Assembly: GCF_006345805.1 (NCBI RefSeq)
Contig: NC_043002.1
Span: 4,030,001 to 4,094,000 of the forward strand
Direction of reading: 5' to 3'
Origin: Octopus sinensis
Lineage: Eukaryota
DNA: 64,000 nucleotides
Position numbers and translations under genes: made by a program. Under the pieces are notes generated by a model. That model was not told the origin of the DNA and searched no databases. It saw only the letters and a program-made list of their open reading frames with translations. Below, piece after piece: positions 11,962 through 24,804 of this stretch (its first letter is position 1; the number at the start of each line of letters is the position of its first letter).

Positions 11962-14232
11962 TGTACACCTTTGTTACTTACTGTTCACCTAACTTGGAAC
12001 CTGCACTTTGGAAATACTATAGAAAGTACCTTTATAGAAAGTACATGTCTGAATTACCAAGAGCGGATATCTTCACTTGGCTGGGTTGCGTTGTCCACAC
12101 ACAACAGGAATATTGGATACAAATACTTCTACACAGAGTCTTGATATTCAATATTCAAATAATATTGACAAATATTGCAGTAACTGGCCTATCAACAGAG
12201 TGTATATACATTAAGTATGCTGCACAGATGGCTATTTTAATTAAATACTGCCTCAATATCATAAACTGGAGATTTAAACAGCCGGGTGACTAGGCACAAA
12301 ATTCGTGAATGTTTTATTCGCTTTTTACAAAATCAGAGACAACAAATTCATGTCCTGGTATGTGGATGGCTGCAAGTACACACCACGGAAAAGGCTCAAA
12401 ACAGCTGAAATACATCTGGTATTTTCGCTGGCCATTGTTGAGATGAATTGTCGTCTCTTTAATACAGCAAGTCCATAAGAGATGTTATCTCTGGACAAAT
12501 TCTGCAGTAACTGGCCAATCGACATTGTCGATACATTAAGTATGATACATAGGTGGCTACTTTAATCAAATACTGCGCCAATTGCATATACTGTATTTTT
12601 AATTGCCAGATAGCTATTCACAGCATCGGCGAATCTTTATCTATATAAGAAATGATGAATTCTCGTCCAAGCATATGACTTACTGTGAGTATATGCTGTT
12701 AAAAATGAACACACACACACACACACACATGTTTCAAGTTGTATATCAAACAGGATATAGTAACAAATAAGGATATAGTAACAGAGCAGAAGGACAAACC
12801 TGTGATTTGATTGATTTAATAATAACAGTATTCCACTCATATCAGCACCACCACTTGTAAAGTATGGTGGCATTGAAAGATAAAATGCCTGGTATTTGAA
12901 ACAGAGGAGCTAGACATCCGGCTGATGAATTCTGAAGCACATAATAGGCTGCTACTTAGCCTCACTTCTGCCCTCATTGAGCAGACTATCCCATATTTTT
13001 TAGTATATCACTAACATTGTCCAATGTGTGTGTGTGTGTGTTTCTCAAAGACTGTAGAGTATATATCTGAGGCCATTTAGCAGCTGTTCCAAGCAGATTG
13101 AATAACTCTTTGTAGAGCTGGGACAAATTACAAGAGTCTGTGACAAGAGGGCACATCTGTGTTGAGAAAAAAAAAAAATTATGAATTTTAAGTTTACAAA
13201 TCTATAGGTCTAATTTATAAACTTGTATTATTAAATTACTATTTTAATGCTAAGACTTCAATAGTATGATTTTAAAGATTTTTAACATTGGGTGATTTCA
13301 GAATTGAATGCCATCCTGGAATAAAGGGACTCTTATTGACCCATAGATTAATAGGTACTAGTAGGAAGTTAATCCTCAAGAGTTTCTAGTTTATTTACGT
13401 TGCCAGAATGGCTAACTGGCTTCCGTGCCGGTGGTACGTAGGAGGCACCATTCGAGCGGGATCATTACCAGCATCGCCTTACTGGCACCTGTGCTGGTGG
13501 CATGTGTAAAAAGATTCGAGCGAGGTTGTTGCCAGTGCCGCCTGACTGGCCTCTGTGCCGGTGGCACGTAAAAGCACCCACTACGCTCTCGGAGTTGGCG
13601 TTAGGAAGAGCATCCAGCTGTAGAAACTCTGCCAGATCAAGATTGGAGCCTGGTGCAGCCATCTGGTTCGCCAGCCCACAGTCAAACCGTTCAACCCATG
13701 CTAGCATGGAAAGCGGATCTAAACGATGATGACGATAAACTCCAGGAAACACACACTACATGTGAGGATCAGCTGTGTTCTGGGAGATTATATTTATTGT
13801 CCTATGGTGTAGTAGTAGTAGTAGCTGTTTTGATTCAAGAGCAACTCTGAGACGGGTCAGCAAGATTGCTTTTTATTAATTGCTTACTGCAGGATTGTCC
13901 CCCAATGGAAGTGTGTGACTGCGTAAACAACGGTGGTTAACGTCCGAAGTCAACGATGTAGTGCACCTGCACCCCATCCTGCCGAGTGGTGGAGATGTAA
14001 GTCACGGGCTGTGGTTAGTAGCACTAGTAGTACTTCATACCATTGGGGTAGTAGTTGTTGTATTGACCTAATTTAAGCTGTTTGCATTGCCCCAAGTCAA
14101 AACCAGATGTATTTGATAAGTTGTTGTTGTTGTTGTCACTGTTGCACTGTATAGAAGAAATCAGAAACAGAGCTGAATGCATGCAGGGCCATATTGTCTT
14201 GCCTTAAATCTAGAGCAGATGTATAGGATATT

Positions 14233-14610
14233 GCGCAGGAGTGGCTGTGTGGTAAGTAGCTTGCTAACCAACCACATGGTTCTGGGTTCTGGGTTCAGTC
14301 CCACTGCGTGGCATCTTGGGCAAATGTCTTCTGCTATAGCCCCGGGCCGACCAAAGCTTTGTGAGTGGATTTGGTTGACGGAAACTGAAAGAAGCCTGTC
14401 GTGTATGTGTGTGTTTGTCCCCCTAGCATTGCTTGACAACCGATGCTGGTGTGTTTACGTCCCTGTCACTTAGCGGTTCGGCAATAGAGACCGATAGAAT
14501 AAGTACTGGGCTTACAAAAGAATAAGTCCCGGAGTTGATTTGCTCGACTAAAGGCGGTGCTCCAGCATGGCCGCAGTCAAATGACAGAAACAAGTAAAAA
14601 AGTAAAGAGT
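14233..14610 (+). mobile_element. tRNA-derived SINE, family B, full length
   Basis: gcgcaggagtggctgtgtggtaagtagcttg...gggttcagtcccactgcgtggc...aaaggcggtgctccagcatggccgcagtcaaatgacagaaacaagtaaaa. Confidence 0.9.
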
Positions 14611-15099
14611 ATATGTGAGTTGTAGTTGTAATACTGCTGGCCCAATTTCCAATACTACTACTACTAAATACTACTACTAATAATAATAATAATAATAAAC
14701 CTTTCTACTAAAAGCATAAAGCCTGAAATTTTAGGGGAAAGGCTAGGTCGATTACGTTGACCCCCAGTGTTTGACTGGTACTTATTTTATTGACCCTGAA
14801 AGGATGAAAGGCAAAACTGACTTTGACAAAATTTGAACTCAGAAATGTGAAGATGGATGAAATGTCACTAAGTGCTTTGCCCAGCTTGCTAACTATTCTG
14901 CCAGCTCACTGCCTTCTTAATAATAATAATAAGTCATTCTTTTATTAACCATAAGAGCTCACATAAAATAACATTAAAAGACATGCAACAACAGCAATAA
15001 CAATAATAATAATAATAATATGCCCTGAAGCAGTACCAGGCAGTGGCTATGCCCTAATGCAGTACCAGGCAGCGGCTCTCATGGCTTCTGATCTTAAGT

Positions 15100-15580
15100 G
15101 ATTGGAAGGCATTATCGAAAATAGAAATGCAAAGATCCTATGGGATTTTATGATTCAGTGCGACCATGAGATGGAGAAAAGGAAGCTGGATATAGTCTTA
15201 TTTGAGAAAGAAAACAAACTATGCTGGATCATAGACATAGCATGCCCAGCTGACAACAAGGTATGCGATAAGGAAGAAAGAAAAGTCAATAGATATGTCA
15301 GGTTAGCTTGGGAAGTTAAGCAGTTGTGGTCGATGAAAAAGGTAGCAGTAGTAACAATAATTGTCGGAGCCCTGGGAACAGCGAGCAAAAATCCTGAAAA
15401 GTTCAGGGAATGAATAAGGGCTGCAATAAGGGTGGAGCACTTGCAGAAAACAGCACCGCTTGGAACCGCTCGAATACTCCGGAAGGTGCTCGAAAAATAA
15501 GAGGTGTTACCTTAGTTCATTAGTAGTGAACAGCTGACACTGTAATACATCTCCAGTGTTAGAAGCTGTGCAAAGGCAAT
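15100..15580 (+). mobile_element. 5'-truncated R4/Dong-type non-LTR retrotransposon (restriction-like endonuclease C-terminus)
   Basis: ORF 15102-15413 ILWDFMIQCDH...DIVLFEKENKLCWIIDIACPAD...KEERKVNRY..LAWEVKQLW...IIVGALG is a PD-(D/E)xK RLE signature; flanked by (AAT)n/(GAT)n. Confidence 0.8.
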
Positions 15581-15599
15581 AATAATGATGATGATGATG

Positions 15600-15982
15600 A
15601 TTTATTTACCACCAGGGCAAAGGATGAGGGGGACAATAGAAAGACAGACATAAAGTGTAGGGGAGTTTAAATATAAAAAGGAAAGGTATACACAGTATAC
15701 ATTATAAGAAGGAAAATATACATAGTATACAAAGAAGAAGAAGAAGAAGAAGAAGATCTGATAGTGATGAGGTTTTCCTGAGATGGAGTCTTCCTGATTA
15801 TCCCTCTAGGAATAATCAAAGAACCGCACCATCCAAGATCACCCTGAATACTAAGGACAAGTGCCCTCTCCAACTCCCTTCTTCTGACTCACAAGTCTAC
15901 ACTTAAGAGGAGTACCATTCCTAAGCAGGTTTCACCCACCTTTTGATAAATTCACTCAAAGACAGCATCTCCCTCTCCACCC
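15600..15982 (-). mobile_element. Probable L1/Tx1-like LINE 3' relic
   Basis: Minus translation VEREMLSLSEFIKRWVK resembles Tx1-type C-termini; weak, recalled similarity only. Confidence 0.3.
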
Positions 15983-16004
15983 TCATTTTAAGTGAAACTT
16001 GAAA

Positions 16005-16065
16005 AAGGTGAAGAGGGCTTTACCAAATAATAATAATGATGATGATAATAATAATAATAATAATA

Positions 16066-16100
<35 letters not shown>

Positions 16101-16122
16101 AATGATGATAATAATAATAATG

Positions 16123-16171
<49 letters not shown>

Positions 16172-16221
16172 TAATAATAATAATAATAATGATGATGATA
16201 ATAATAATAATAATAATAATA
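16005..16221. repeat. Compound (AAT)n/(GAT)n microsatellite
   Basis: Directly visible; generates poly-N/D/I/L pseudo-ORFs. Confidence 0.97.
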
Positions 16222-16754
16222 AAGAGTGAAGAATATAGACAGTATAATTATTTCTGATGTTGTTGGTGTAGCTCCATGTTAACCCAAATGGAGCTGACTT
16301 ATGATCAAAGACATCACAGACATGACCATTCCATCTTTTATGTACAGACAACCCATAACTATGTTATCCAAAGAATCAGTGTCTGATTGAGTGGGGTCTG
16401 ACTGCTTGTTCTAGCAGGTTGAACAACACCATAAAAGCTTCCTTATCATTTTGTGTTGAAACTGTCTTTACCTGCTGAAGCAGTTCTTCAGAAAATCATT
16501 CAGACTGTGAAGATCTATGATCAAAAGGATTCCAGTTGCTCTCCATCCCAACATTTTTCTTTGGCCAATCATCAAAGGGGAGTCCAGCTGCAACCATCTT
16601 ACTTTCTCCCAAACATAATGCATTTGGGACTACCTTATCCAACGGGATCTTCCTTTGTTCTTAACTTCAGGTAGGCCCCTAACTAGATAAGCCTGTGATC
16701 AAAAGTACTCAAACTGTGCCCATCAAATTCTGGCTTCTTGTTTTAGTTTTATAA

Positions 16755-16801
<47 letters not shown>

Positions 16802-18233
16802 TAATAATTAATTCTTTTATTTTGCCACATGGGCAGCCATTTTTGGTGGAGGAGATAAGTCAATTACATCAACCCCCAGTGTTTCACTGGTACTTAATTT
16901 ATCGACTCCAAAAGGACAAATGGCAAAGTCGACCTCGGAAGCATTTGAACCCATATGTTCTAAGTTCAAATTCTACCGAGGATGACTTTGCCTTTCATCC
17001 TTTCAGGGTTGCAGAAAGAATAAGACGAAGAAGAAGATGAAGAAGAAGAAGACGAAGAAGAAAAAGACAAAGAAGAACATGAAGAAGAAGAAGACGAAGA
17101 AGAAGATTATTATTATTATTACTATTATTGCTCTTTTTCTCATCCTGATACACAAATACAAAAGCCATTCTCACTCTGTGCATGTGTATCTGTGTGGTTT
17201 TTCATTGCATGCACATTTTAGTAGCCAAAAAGAAAAGAATTTCCAGATGTCAACATGAATTGCAATAAAGATAAAGATGAAGTAACTTATTTATAATAAG
17301 ATACTAAAGACGGTTAACCAGAGATCAGCAACCTCTAAGAATGAAGAATCTTATATTCTAAAATTGTCATAAATAAATAAATAAATAAGTTAAAATAAAA
17401 AATTAAAAAATAGTTCTAAAATTTACTGCTCTTATGAAAATGCTGAAGTCATTTGGGTGAAAATAAATAAGAGTAAGAATAATATTTAGATCTTGGCCGA
17501 AGGCCACCAATTCACAAGTAAGGAAAATAGCTAATCACCTGAATTCCTACGTATTTTGGTAGCAATTCCTGTTTCTGTTGTTGTTGCAGTTTAACCCTTA
17601 GGTTAGTCCTTCTCAGACTGACCACCAATGGCCAAAGATACTCCAGCCAGAATCATCCTGTCTTTTCAGAAATCTAGAACTAGGTTTATCCAATGTGGTC
17701 TTCTTGTTATTCAATTATTTATTTTAAATAGCTGGGAGTGCTTTGGCTGCTATTTCTACCTTTTCCAAGCGACCACATAGTGGTCTCTTTGTCATGTTTG
17801 TTGTATGGCTTTTATTGACATGGGAGCCCAAATATGAAAGGTGAAACACGAAGCAGTAACTAAACACCGAATGGCATTCTAACATTTATGGGAAAACAGC
17901 AGAACAGAGAAGAAGAATAGAAAGAAGGGTAATTAGAGATAAAAGAAAGCAAATATGTTAATTCATGGAGAAGAAACCTACTGATTAGATTAGACAATGT
18001 TAAGGACCAGACTGATAACGATAAGGTTTCTCTCCAGTGACCAAACAGATAACAAAGAGCTGTGGCAATCTTGCAGTTGTTTAACCCTAGGTCGGTCCTG
18101 ATCAAACAGACCAAAGCAGTGGTTCTCAACTGGGTTCCATATAAAATTTCTGGGGGTCTAGACAAGCAAAATAGTAAATTGAGGAGCCACAGTAGTAGTT
18201 TAAGGGTCCATGAAAAATTGTGATTTAGATGCA

Positions 18234-18309
18234 CAGGGTGGTCCAAAAGTCACAAAGGCGTCAACTCATTTATGTTGCTTTAAATTTATAATAACTTAAC
18301 ACCACATAC

Positions 18310-18344
<35 letters not shown>

Positions 18345-19930
18345 CATCATCGTTTAACGTCCGCTTTCCATGCTAGCATGGGTTGGACGATTTTGACTGA
18401 GGACTGGCAAACCAGATGGCTGCACCAGGCTCCAATCTTGATTTGGCAGTTTCTACAGCTGGATGCCCTTCCTCACGCCAACCACTCCGAAAGTGTATGT
18501 ATGTATGTATGCATATTGGGGTTGGCAAGAAAGTAATTTGGTTTTTTTAGTGTGAAAGAAAAGTCATGTTTATTTTTATACAAAGAATGGACTTTAATCA
18601 ATTCTATATTTTCCATTTTGTCTGGTGAGCCTTTGCCATCTTTCTAGCAGCTTCAGGATTCCATGCTCATAGAACTTCTGGTCCTTATCAGCCAAAAACT
18701 AAAGCAAGTGCAATTTCAGGTCATCATCGTTATTGAAAGCTTTACCATTCAAACAATGTTTGAAAACTTTGAAATAAATGGTAATCTGATGGTGCAAGGT
18801 CAGGGCTATATGGTGGGTGTGACATCACTTCCCAACTAAGCTCCAATAATTTTTCAGGAGTTGGCAAAGATGTGTGTGGTCTAGCGTTGTCATAGTGAAA
18901 CACGATTCCTTTATGATTTGCCAACTCTAGCCTTTTTTTTTATTGCTGCCTCCAGTTTCATTAGTTGTTGACAGTAAACATCTGAATTGATTGTTTGGTT
19001 CCTTGGAAGCAGCTCAAAATACACAACACCTTTGTAATCCCACCAAATTGACAGCAAGACCTTTTTTCTTATACAATTCAGCTTTCAATGTGGTTTGTGC
19101 TGGTTCATTATGCTTGGATCATGATCGCTTTTGATTAATGTTATTGCAGACAATTCATTTTTCATCACCTGTGATGATTTGTTTCAAAAAAAGGTCTATT
19201 TCATTGCGTTTGAGATGCAGATCGCAAATATTGATTCATTGTGTTAAGTGAATCTCTTGCAATCTATGTGGAATCCAAATATCGAGCTTCTTAACGAGTC
19301 CAAGACATTTTAAATGATTTTCAATAGTTGTGTGTGATACATTCAACCTCTCTGCAATCTCTCGCACAGTTATATGACAATCAGATTCAATTATGGCTTT
19401 GATTCAGTCATCAACTTCAGTAGGTCAACCAGAACATTGGTCATCTCTGAGTGAAAAATCTTCAGAATGGAATTTTAAAAACCATTCCTGTTAAGCAATC
19501 AACACCTTTAATCTTCACATATCTCTTTGTGAGCCTCAGCAGCTTTCTTGCTTTTATGGAAAGAAAAAAGCAAAATGATCGTTTTTGCACTCCATGTTAA
19601 AATTGACACTGAACTAACAGCTGTAAACAAAATTACAGGCAATTTGCTTCTAAAGTAAGCTATCAAATGCCAAAAGTAATGACTATCAAATATCAAAAGG
19701 AAAAAATCATAACATTGACAAAAGTCATTCAAAATAAATCATCTATTTATGAAAAACAAAATTACTTTATTGCCAACCCAATAAATATATATATACACAT
19801 ACACACACAGAGGAAATATATGTACATTAGGAGTAAAGAGTCACATTTTGTGAATTACAAATAAAAAAAAAGTAATTAAAATAAATTTAATAAACTTTTA
19901 GACCCCTTTGTGACTTTTGGGGCCACCCTG
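18234..19930. mobile_element. Tc1/mariner-type non-autonomous element hosting nested insertions
   Basis: TIRs cagggtggtccaaaagtcacaaagg (from 18234) and cctttgtgacttttggggccaccctg+TA (ending 19930) enclose a (TG)n tract, an RTE tail and a mariner. Confidence 0.65.
18514..19783 (-). mobile_element. Mariner (DD34D) transposon, full length, degenerate
   Basis: TA-flanked TIRs tattggggttggcaagaaagtaattt / aaattactttattgccaacccaata; minus fragments ...LLFSFHKSKKAAEAHKEICE and IVFHYDNARPHTS...HPPYSPDLAPSDYHLF. Confidence 0.9.
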
Positions 19931-22900
19931 TATTTATTACAAAAAACAGCAAGATTCGTTTCTCTAATTAGAGATGAAAGAAAGCACAATTCAAACTACA
20001 AAAGTGAATGTGTGGAAACCAAAATGAGAATTTTGAAAGAATATAAAACAGGTTTCGACTCTTTAGCATTTAAACTGGCCGGATCTGGCCTCTCATACCT
20101 ACCCGACAATGTCATTCTAAAATCTCCTCAGCACCAGGCAACCACCACAAGCAACATTTATTACCAGTTCGGCTGCTAACCTTGACTACTCTGCAGGTCA
20201 ATGGTTCTCAACCGATAAATACCACACCAAACCCCCACCACTCCCAATATGCAGGAAAAATCTTTGCCCCCCCCCCTCCCCTACTTTATTAACGAGAAGG
20301 AAATAATTTGCATCCATATTTTTCTTTCTTTCTTTCTTTCATTGTGCTGGCCGAGTGGAAAAGGGTTAAAAACCTGCTAACTGTACTAAACATGGCTATT
20401 CGTCCACTCCTTTTCAACCCCTAACAATAATGCCCTAACATTGCTTGAGGTCAGAGAAATGAGAACATTTTGACTCAAACTACATCCTATTATTGCTGCT
20501 AACAAATAAGGTCACATTGGATAATGTAGTCCAGGGTGTACAATGCATAAGCAAAAAGACAAGACTGCCATGGTTGGAAAACCCTTCTGCATTTGACCAT
20601 GAGTTTGTTCAATCAAGGCTCATTATAACATGTAAGATTTATGTCAGTCAACACCAACATAAAATAACATACAAAGCAGAAGCTTTTGAGTGGTTGCTTA
20701 ACTTGCTAGAAATATCAGCTAAATTCCCACAAATTATACCCTAAAAAAAGAACATTCGAGCGAGGTCGTTGCCAGTGCCGCTGGACTGGCTCCTGTGCAG
20801 GTGGCACATAAAAAGCACCATTTGAGCGTGGCCGTTGCTGGTACCACCCGACTGGCTCCCGTGCCGGTGGTACATAAAAGCACCCACAACACTCTGTTAA
20901 ATGGTTGGTGTTAGGAAGGGCATCCAGCTGTAGAAACTCTGCCAGATCAAGATTGGAGTCTGGTGCAGCCATCTGGTTTGCCAGTCCTCAGTCAAATCGT
21001 CCAACCCATGCTAGCATGGAAAGCAGATGTTAAACGATGATGATGATGATGATGATGATATACCCTACTATTCTGAGAAGTGAGGAGTGCATTACACAAT
21101 GTGGTCCTGGATATATAAGAAAGGACAGAATGATCATCTTTGGAGCACATTTAATCATATATTTACTCAATCAGGAATGACTTGGAGTTAAACACAAACC
21201 AGTAAAGGAGCCGATAGGTAGTCATTCAACCTATTAGTAATAGCAGCCAAATCTTTCTCAAATTATGCCTAATTGTCTTGAGAAAGAAATGAAGGATATG
21301 TTGCACAACAAAGTCCTAGACACTATACACTAAAGTGAAGTAAAACCGATCTCTGTCAGTTTTGACACTGAATTGTTGATCTAGCAACAAATTGAGGAGT
21401 TGTCGGTAGATCAAACGACTCCTTCGATTGACAACTAACTCAATAAGTTGTTTGATCTACCAACTCATTGCATTAGCAGATAACTGGCAGAGTATTACAC
21501 ACACACACACACACACACATGTATATACTGTGGTTAATCCTAAAACAGAATCAACGTTGTAGTGCATGACAAGGATGGATTTTTGAATTACAGGTAGAAT
21601 CCATCTGATGGGCTTCCCTACAGTCTCCGTCAATTTGATTTCACTCACAAGCCTTAGTTTGAGCTGAAGCTATGAGGGAAAAGCACAAACGATGCCATGC
21701 GATGGGATTGAGCCAAAAACCTGATAATTGTGAAGTAAACTTCTGGACCAAAATTTAGCCTTTTTTTGTCAACTATGTCTGCAGAATAAGACAGGGTGGT
21801 CATGGCGAAACAAAAACAACAATTATGAATACAAGAATTATGGTTATTTTGTCATTATTCTTATTTACCATTTTGTTCATTTGTCAGCTGTTTTTTGCCT
21901 TCATTGCAGCCCTATCGTTAAAATGCATTCCAGCCATGACTATCCCGTCTTCTCAGATATTCTTTATCTCAGACTACATCATCCTTTGTGTCCTTCATAT
22001 TTGAAGAACTATTACAGAATGAATTTCAAGAGAGATTTAGCTGCTATTTCTAACAGATTAAGTGATTCATTTTTATTTGTTTATTCACCATAGCTGTGGT
22101 GTTACGGTTGTTGTTTAGCCCCAAGACAACTTTGATCAAGCAGACTCATGATCATCAAAAGCATTCCAGTTGTGACCATCCAGTCATTTTTTGTGCCTTG
22201 GATTCATTTTTTTCCTTTTTTAAAGAAGGATGGGGGGGGGGGTAATAAGGTGATTTGGCTACTATTTCTAGCAAGTGAAATGACCATACAGAGGCTCCAT
22301 TGTTGGCTGTCAGTCGGTATAAAACAATCCATCCAAAGAAACTGGTTGCTATTGTTACTTAGCCCCAAGACCGCCCTGACTGAACAGACCTATAACCGAG
22401 GGGATTCCAGATGAGCAGAGAACAAAGGACCACGTTACCTGGTGTGTTCTCTTCTAAAATATTGGAGAGGTGTAATTTGAGGGAGATTTGGCTGTTATTT
22501 CAAACGAGTCAAATCTGCCCTCAGTTTGCAATGACAAAAATTACACAATGGAGTTCAAGGGTTTGGACAAAGGGAGAGGCTCCAAGACATTAGACCTCTG
22601 CACATTTACCTGTCTACCTGCCTAGCCACTTACTTACCTACCTAACTGCCTGCCTACCTGTCTACTAACCTACCCACCTACCCCACCTGTCAGGTGTTCA
22701 GAAATATTAAAAGTATCACTATTTTTAGCAACTGAAATTTTCCAATCACTCCCCTACACAACAGTCAAACAAACTGCTTATCATTCAAACTTTAAAGTGC
22801 TCCCCATGCAGGTGCACGAAGCAGCAGCAGCAGCCTTCTGCAACATTCTGACAGGAACAACTATGCACCCCACTGCTACTGCATTTAGAATTATCCTCTC

Positions 22901-23531
22901 CCCACACCTCCTTCGCTCTCTCTCTCTCTCTCTTTGCCAATGAAATCAGGATGGCTCTTTAGAAACTTCACAGCCAGTGCCAAATATCATATTTGAAATC
23001 AGAGAGCTGTAAAATATTGATGCAGTATTATTGTGAAGTTTTATTTTGCAGCTTGCTGTTGCATCTGTTGCTGTTGTTGGAAATGCACTCTGCTCTGCCT
23101 TTTTGCTTTTCAATGCTGTTACAGCTGTGTTGTTTGTATTTCTTTAGTTATTTGTACAAGATTTTGATACAATTCCATTCCAACTCACACACACACACAC
23201 ACACACACTTGCACGATGCATTATAACTAAGGTAACATTTTAAACATGTATTCTATTTGAAAAACTCACAAACAGGCAACATATATTGCACATTTCAGTC
23301 TTTCCTTATGTGTATGTTATACATGTGTGTACATGTATGAGAGAGAGAGAGACTGAGAGAGAGAGAGAGAGAGTATGTTAACATGCTCTTAAAACAGACT
23401 TTTGTGCAGGTACATAAAGCATATGTAAATGTGAAACAAAGTCTAACCATAACATATACAAGGAATACAACCTAAATAGCAAACCAATGCCAATATTGAT
23501 CTTTCTGTTCCTCTGTCTGTCTGTCTCTCTC

Positions 23532-23567
<36 letters not shown>

Positions 23568-23571
23568 CATA

Positions 23572-23765
23572 GGGAGAGTTTACGAAAAAAACAAAAGACG
23601 AAGACAGGTGGTGTACAAAATAAACAGATGTATTTAGTATAACGCTCAGGAATAGAAAACGTCTTTTACGTTTCGAGCCTACGCTCTTCTACAGAAAGGG
23701 ACACAGAAAAAACAAGGAGAGAAAAAAATGTGTGTAGTGGCTAACGATCTATCATGCCGACTGCC
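23572..23765 (-). mobile_element. Penelope-like element terminal fragment with a minimal hammerhead-like motif
   Basis: Minus 23663-23698: cttt-CTGTAGA-a-gagc(gtag)gctc-GAAA-CGTA-aaag. Confidence 0.55.
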
Positions 23766-23781
23766 ATATATATATATATAT

Positions 23782-24168
23782 AGGTGCAGGCGTGGCTGTG
23801 TGGTAAGCAGCTTACTACCCAACTACATGGTTCCCAGTTCAGTCTCACCACATGTCTTCAACTATAGCCTGAGGCCAACCAAAGCCTTGTGAGTGGATGT
23901 GGTAGATGGAAACTGAAAGAAGCCTGTCATATACATATATGTGTGTGTGTGTGTCTGCTTGTCTGTCTCCTTCCTCACTTCGGCTTGACAACCGGTGTTG
24001 ATGTGTTTAAGTTCCCATAACTTGGCAGTTCGGCAAAAGAGACCAATAGAATAAGCACTAGGCTTAAACAAGAATAAGTCCTAGGGGCAATTTGTTCAAC
24101 TAAAAAACCCTTTAAAGTGGTACTCCAGTGTGGCCACAGTCAAATGACTGAAACAAGTAAAAGAATAT
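23782..24168 (+). mobile_element. tRNA-derived SINE, family B
   Basis: Same head, body and tail as 14233-14610. Confidence 0.85.
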
Positions 24169-24181
24169 ATATATATATATA

Positions 24182-24802
24182 CACGTAGTCTGATCAATAA
24201 GTATCTGGACTGTTGCCATAGTAACAAAGCTAAAGCACATGGAGTAAAGCCACTTGGCACAGATTAAACTTGAACTCTGCTGTGCATATGCAATAAGTTT
24301 TAACCTTCTAGCTCACTTCTGCTGTTCACAGCAGTGCTTTGAAGGAAGGTGTGTAGCATGAGATCATCGCATTGACCATGACAGAGAAAGCCGAGCAGAG
24401 AATCTGCACCAAATTTTGCCAAAAGCTTGGCAATACCTGCTCTGAGGCCTATGCAAAGTTTTCAAAAAGTTTTCATCTTTCTCAATACAATCAAGGAGAT
24501 CTTGTGCAATTGAAACCTGAGTGTTCTTTTGGTCAGCTGAAAGCAGTTTTGGCACAAACTTGGCAGACACTCGTCTCATTCACAAATCTTCACTGATAAT
24601 GGACTGAACTGAATTGTAACTAATCTGCATATCCTCTGATAACTCACGGATGGTGATTCAATGATTTCCCCTTACAATTGCATGCAGCACATCTGTGATG
24701 TTTTTCTCATTTCTACTGGTTGCGGGTCTTCCAGAATGTTCATCAATAACGACATTTATCATTTATTTGGCCATTTTGGTAATGTCTGAACTACTCATAT
24801 AC
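24182..24802. mobile_element. Mariner relic with internal inversion
   Basis: TA-flanked left end cacgtagtctgatcaataagtatc; plus-strand MTEKAEQRICTKFCQKLGNTCSEAYAK from 24378; the downstream ...SGRPATSRNE...MRRVSAKFVPKLL...DENFLKT lies on the minus strand (24802 to ~24460). Confidence 0.8.
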
Positions 24803-24804
24803 GT

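Noticed and set aside
12920-12940. tgatga...ctga box C/D-like pair
   Set aside because: Too closely spaced for a snoRNA, with no guide region or terminal stem.
15983-16351. Poly-L, poly-N/D and poly-I ORFs
   Set aside because: Translation of (AAT/GAT)n.
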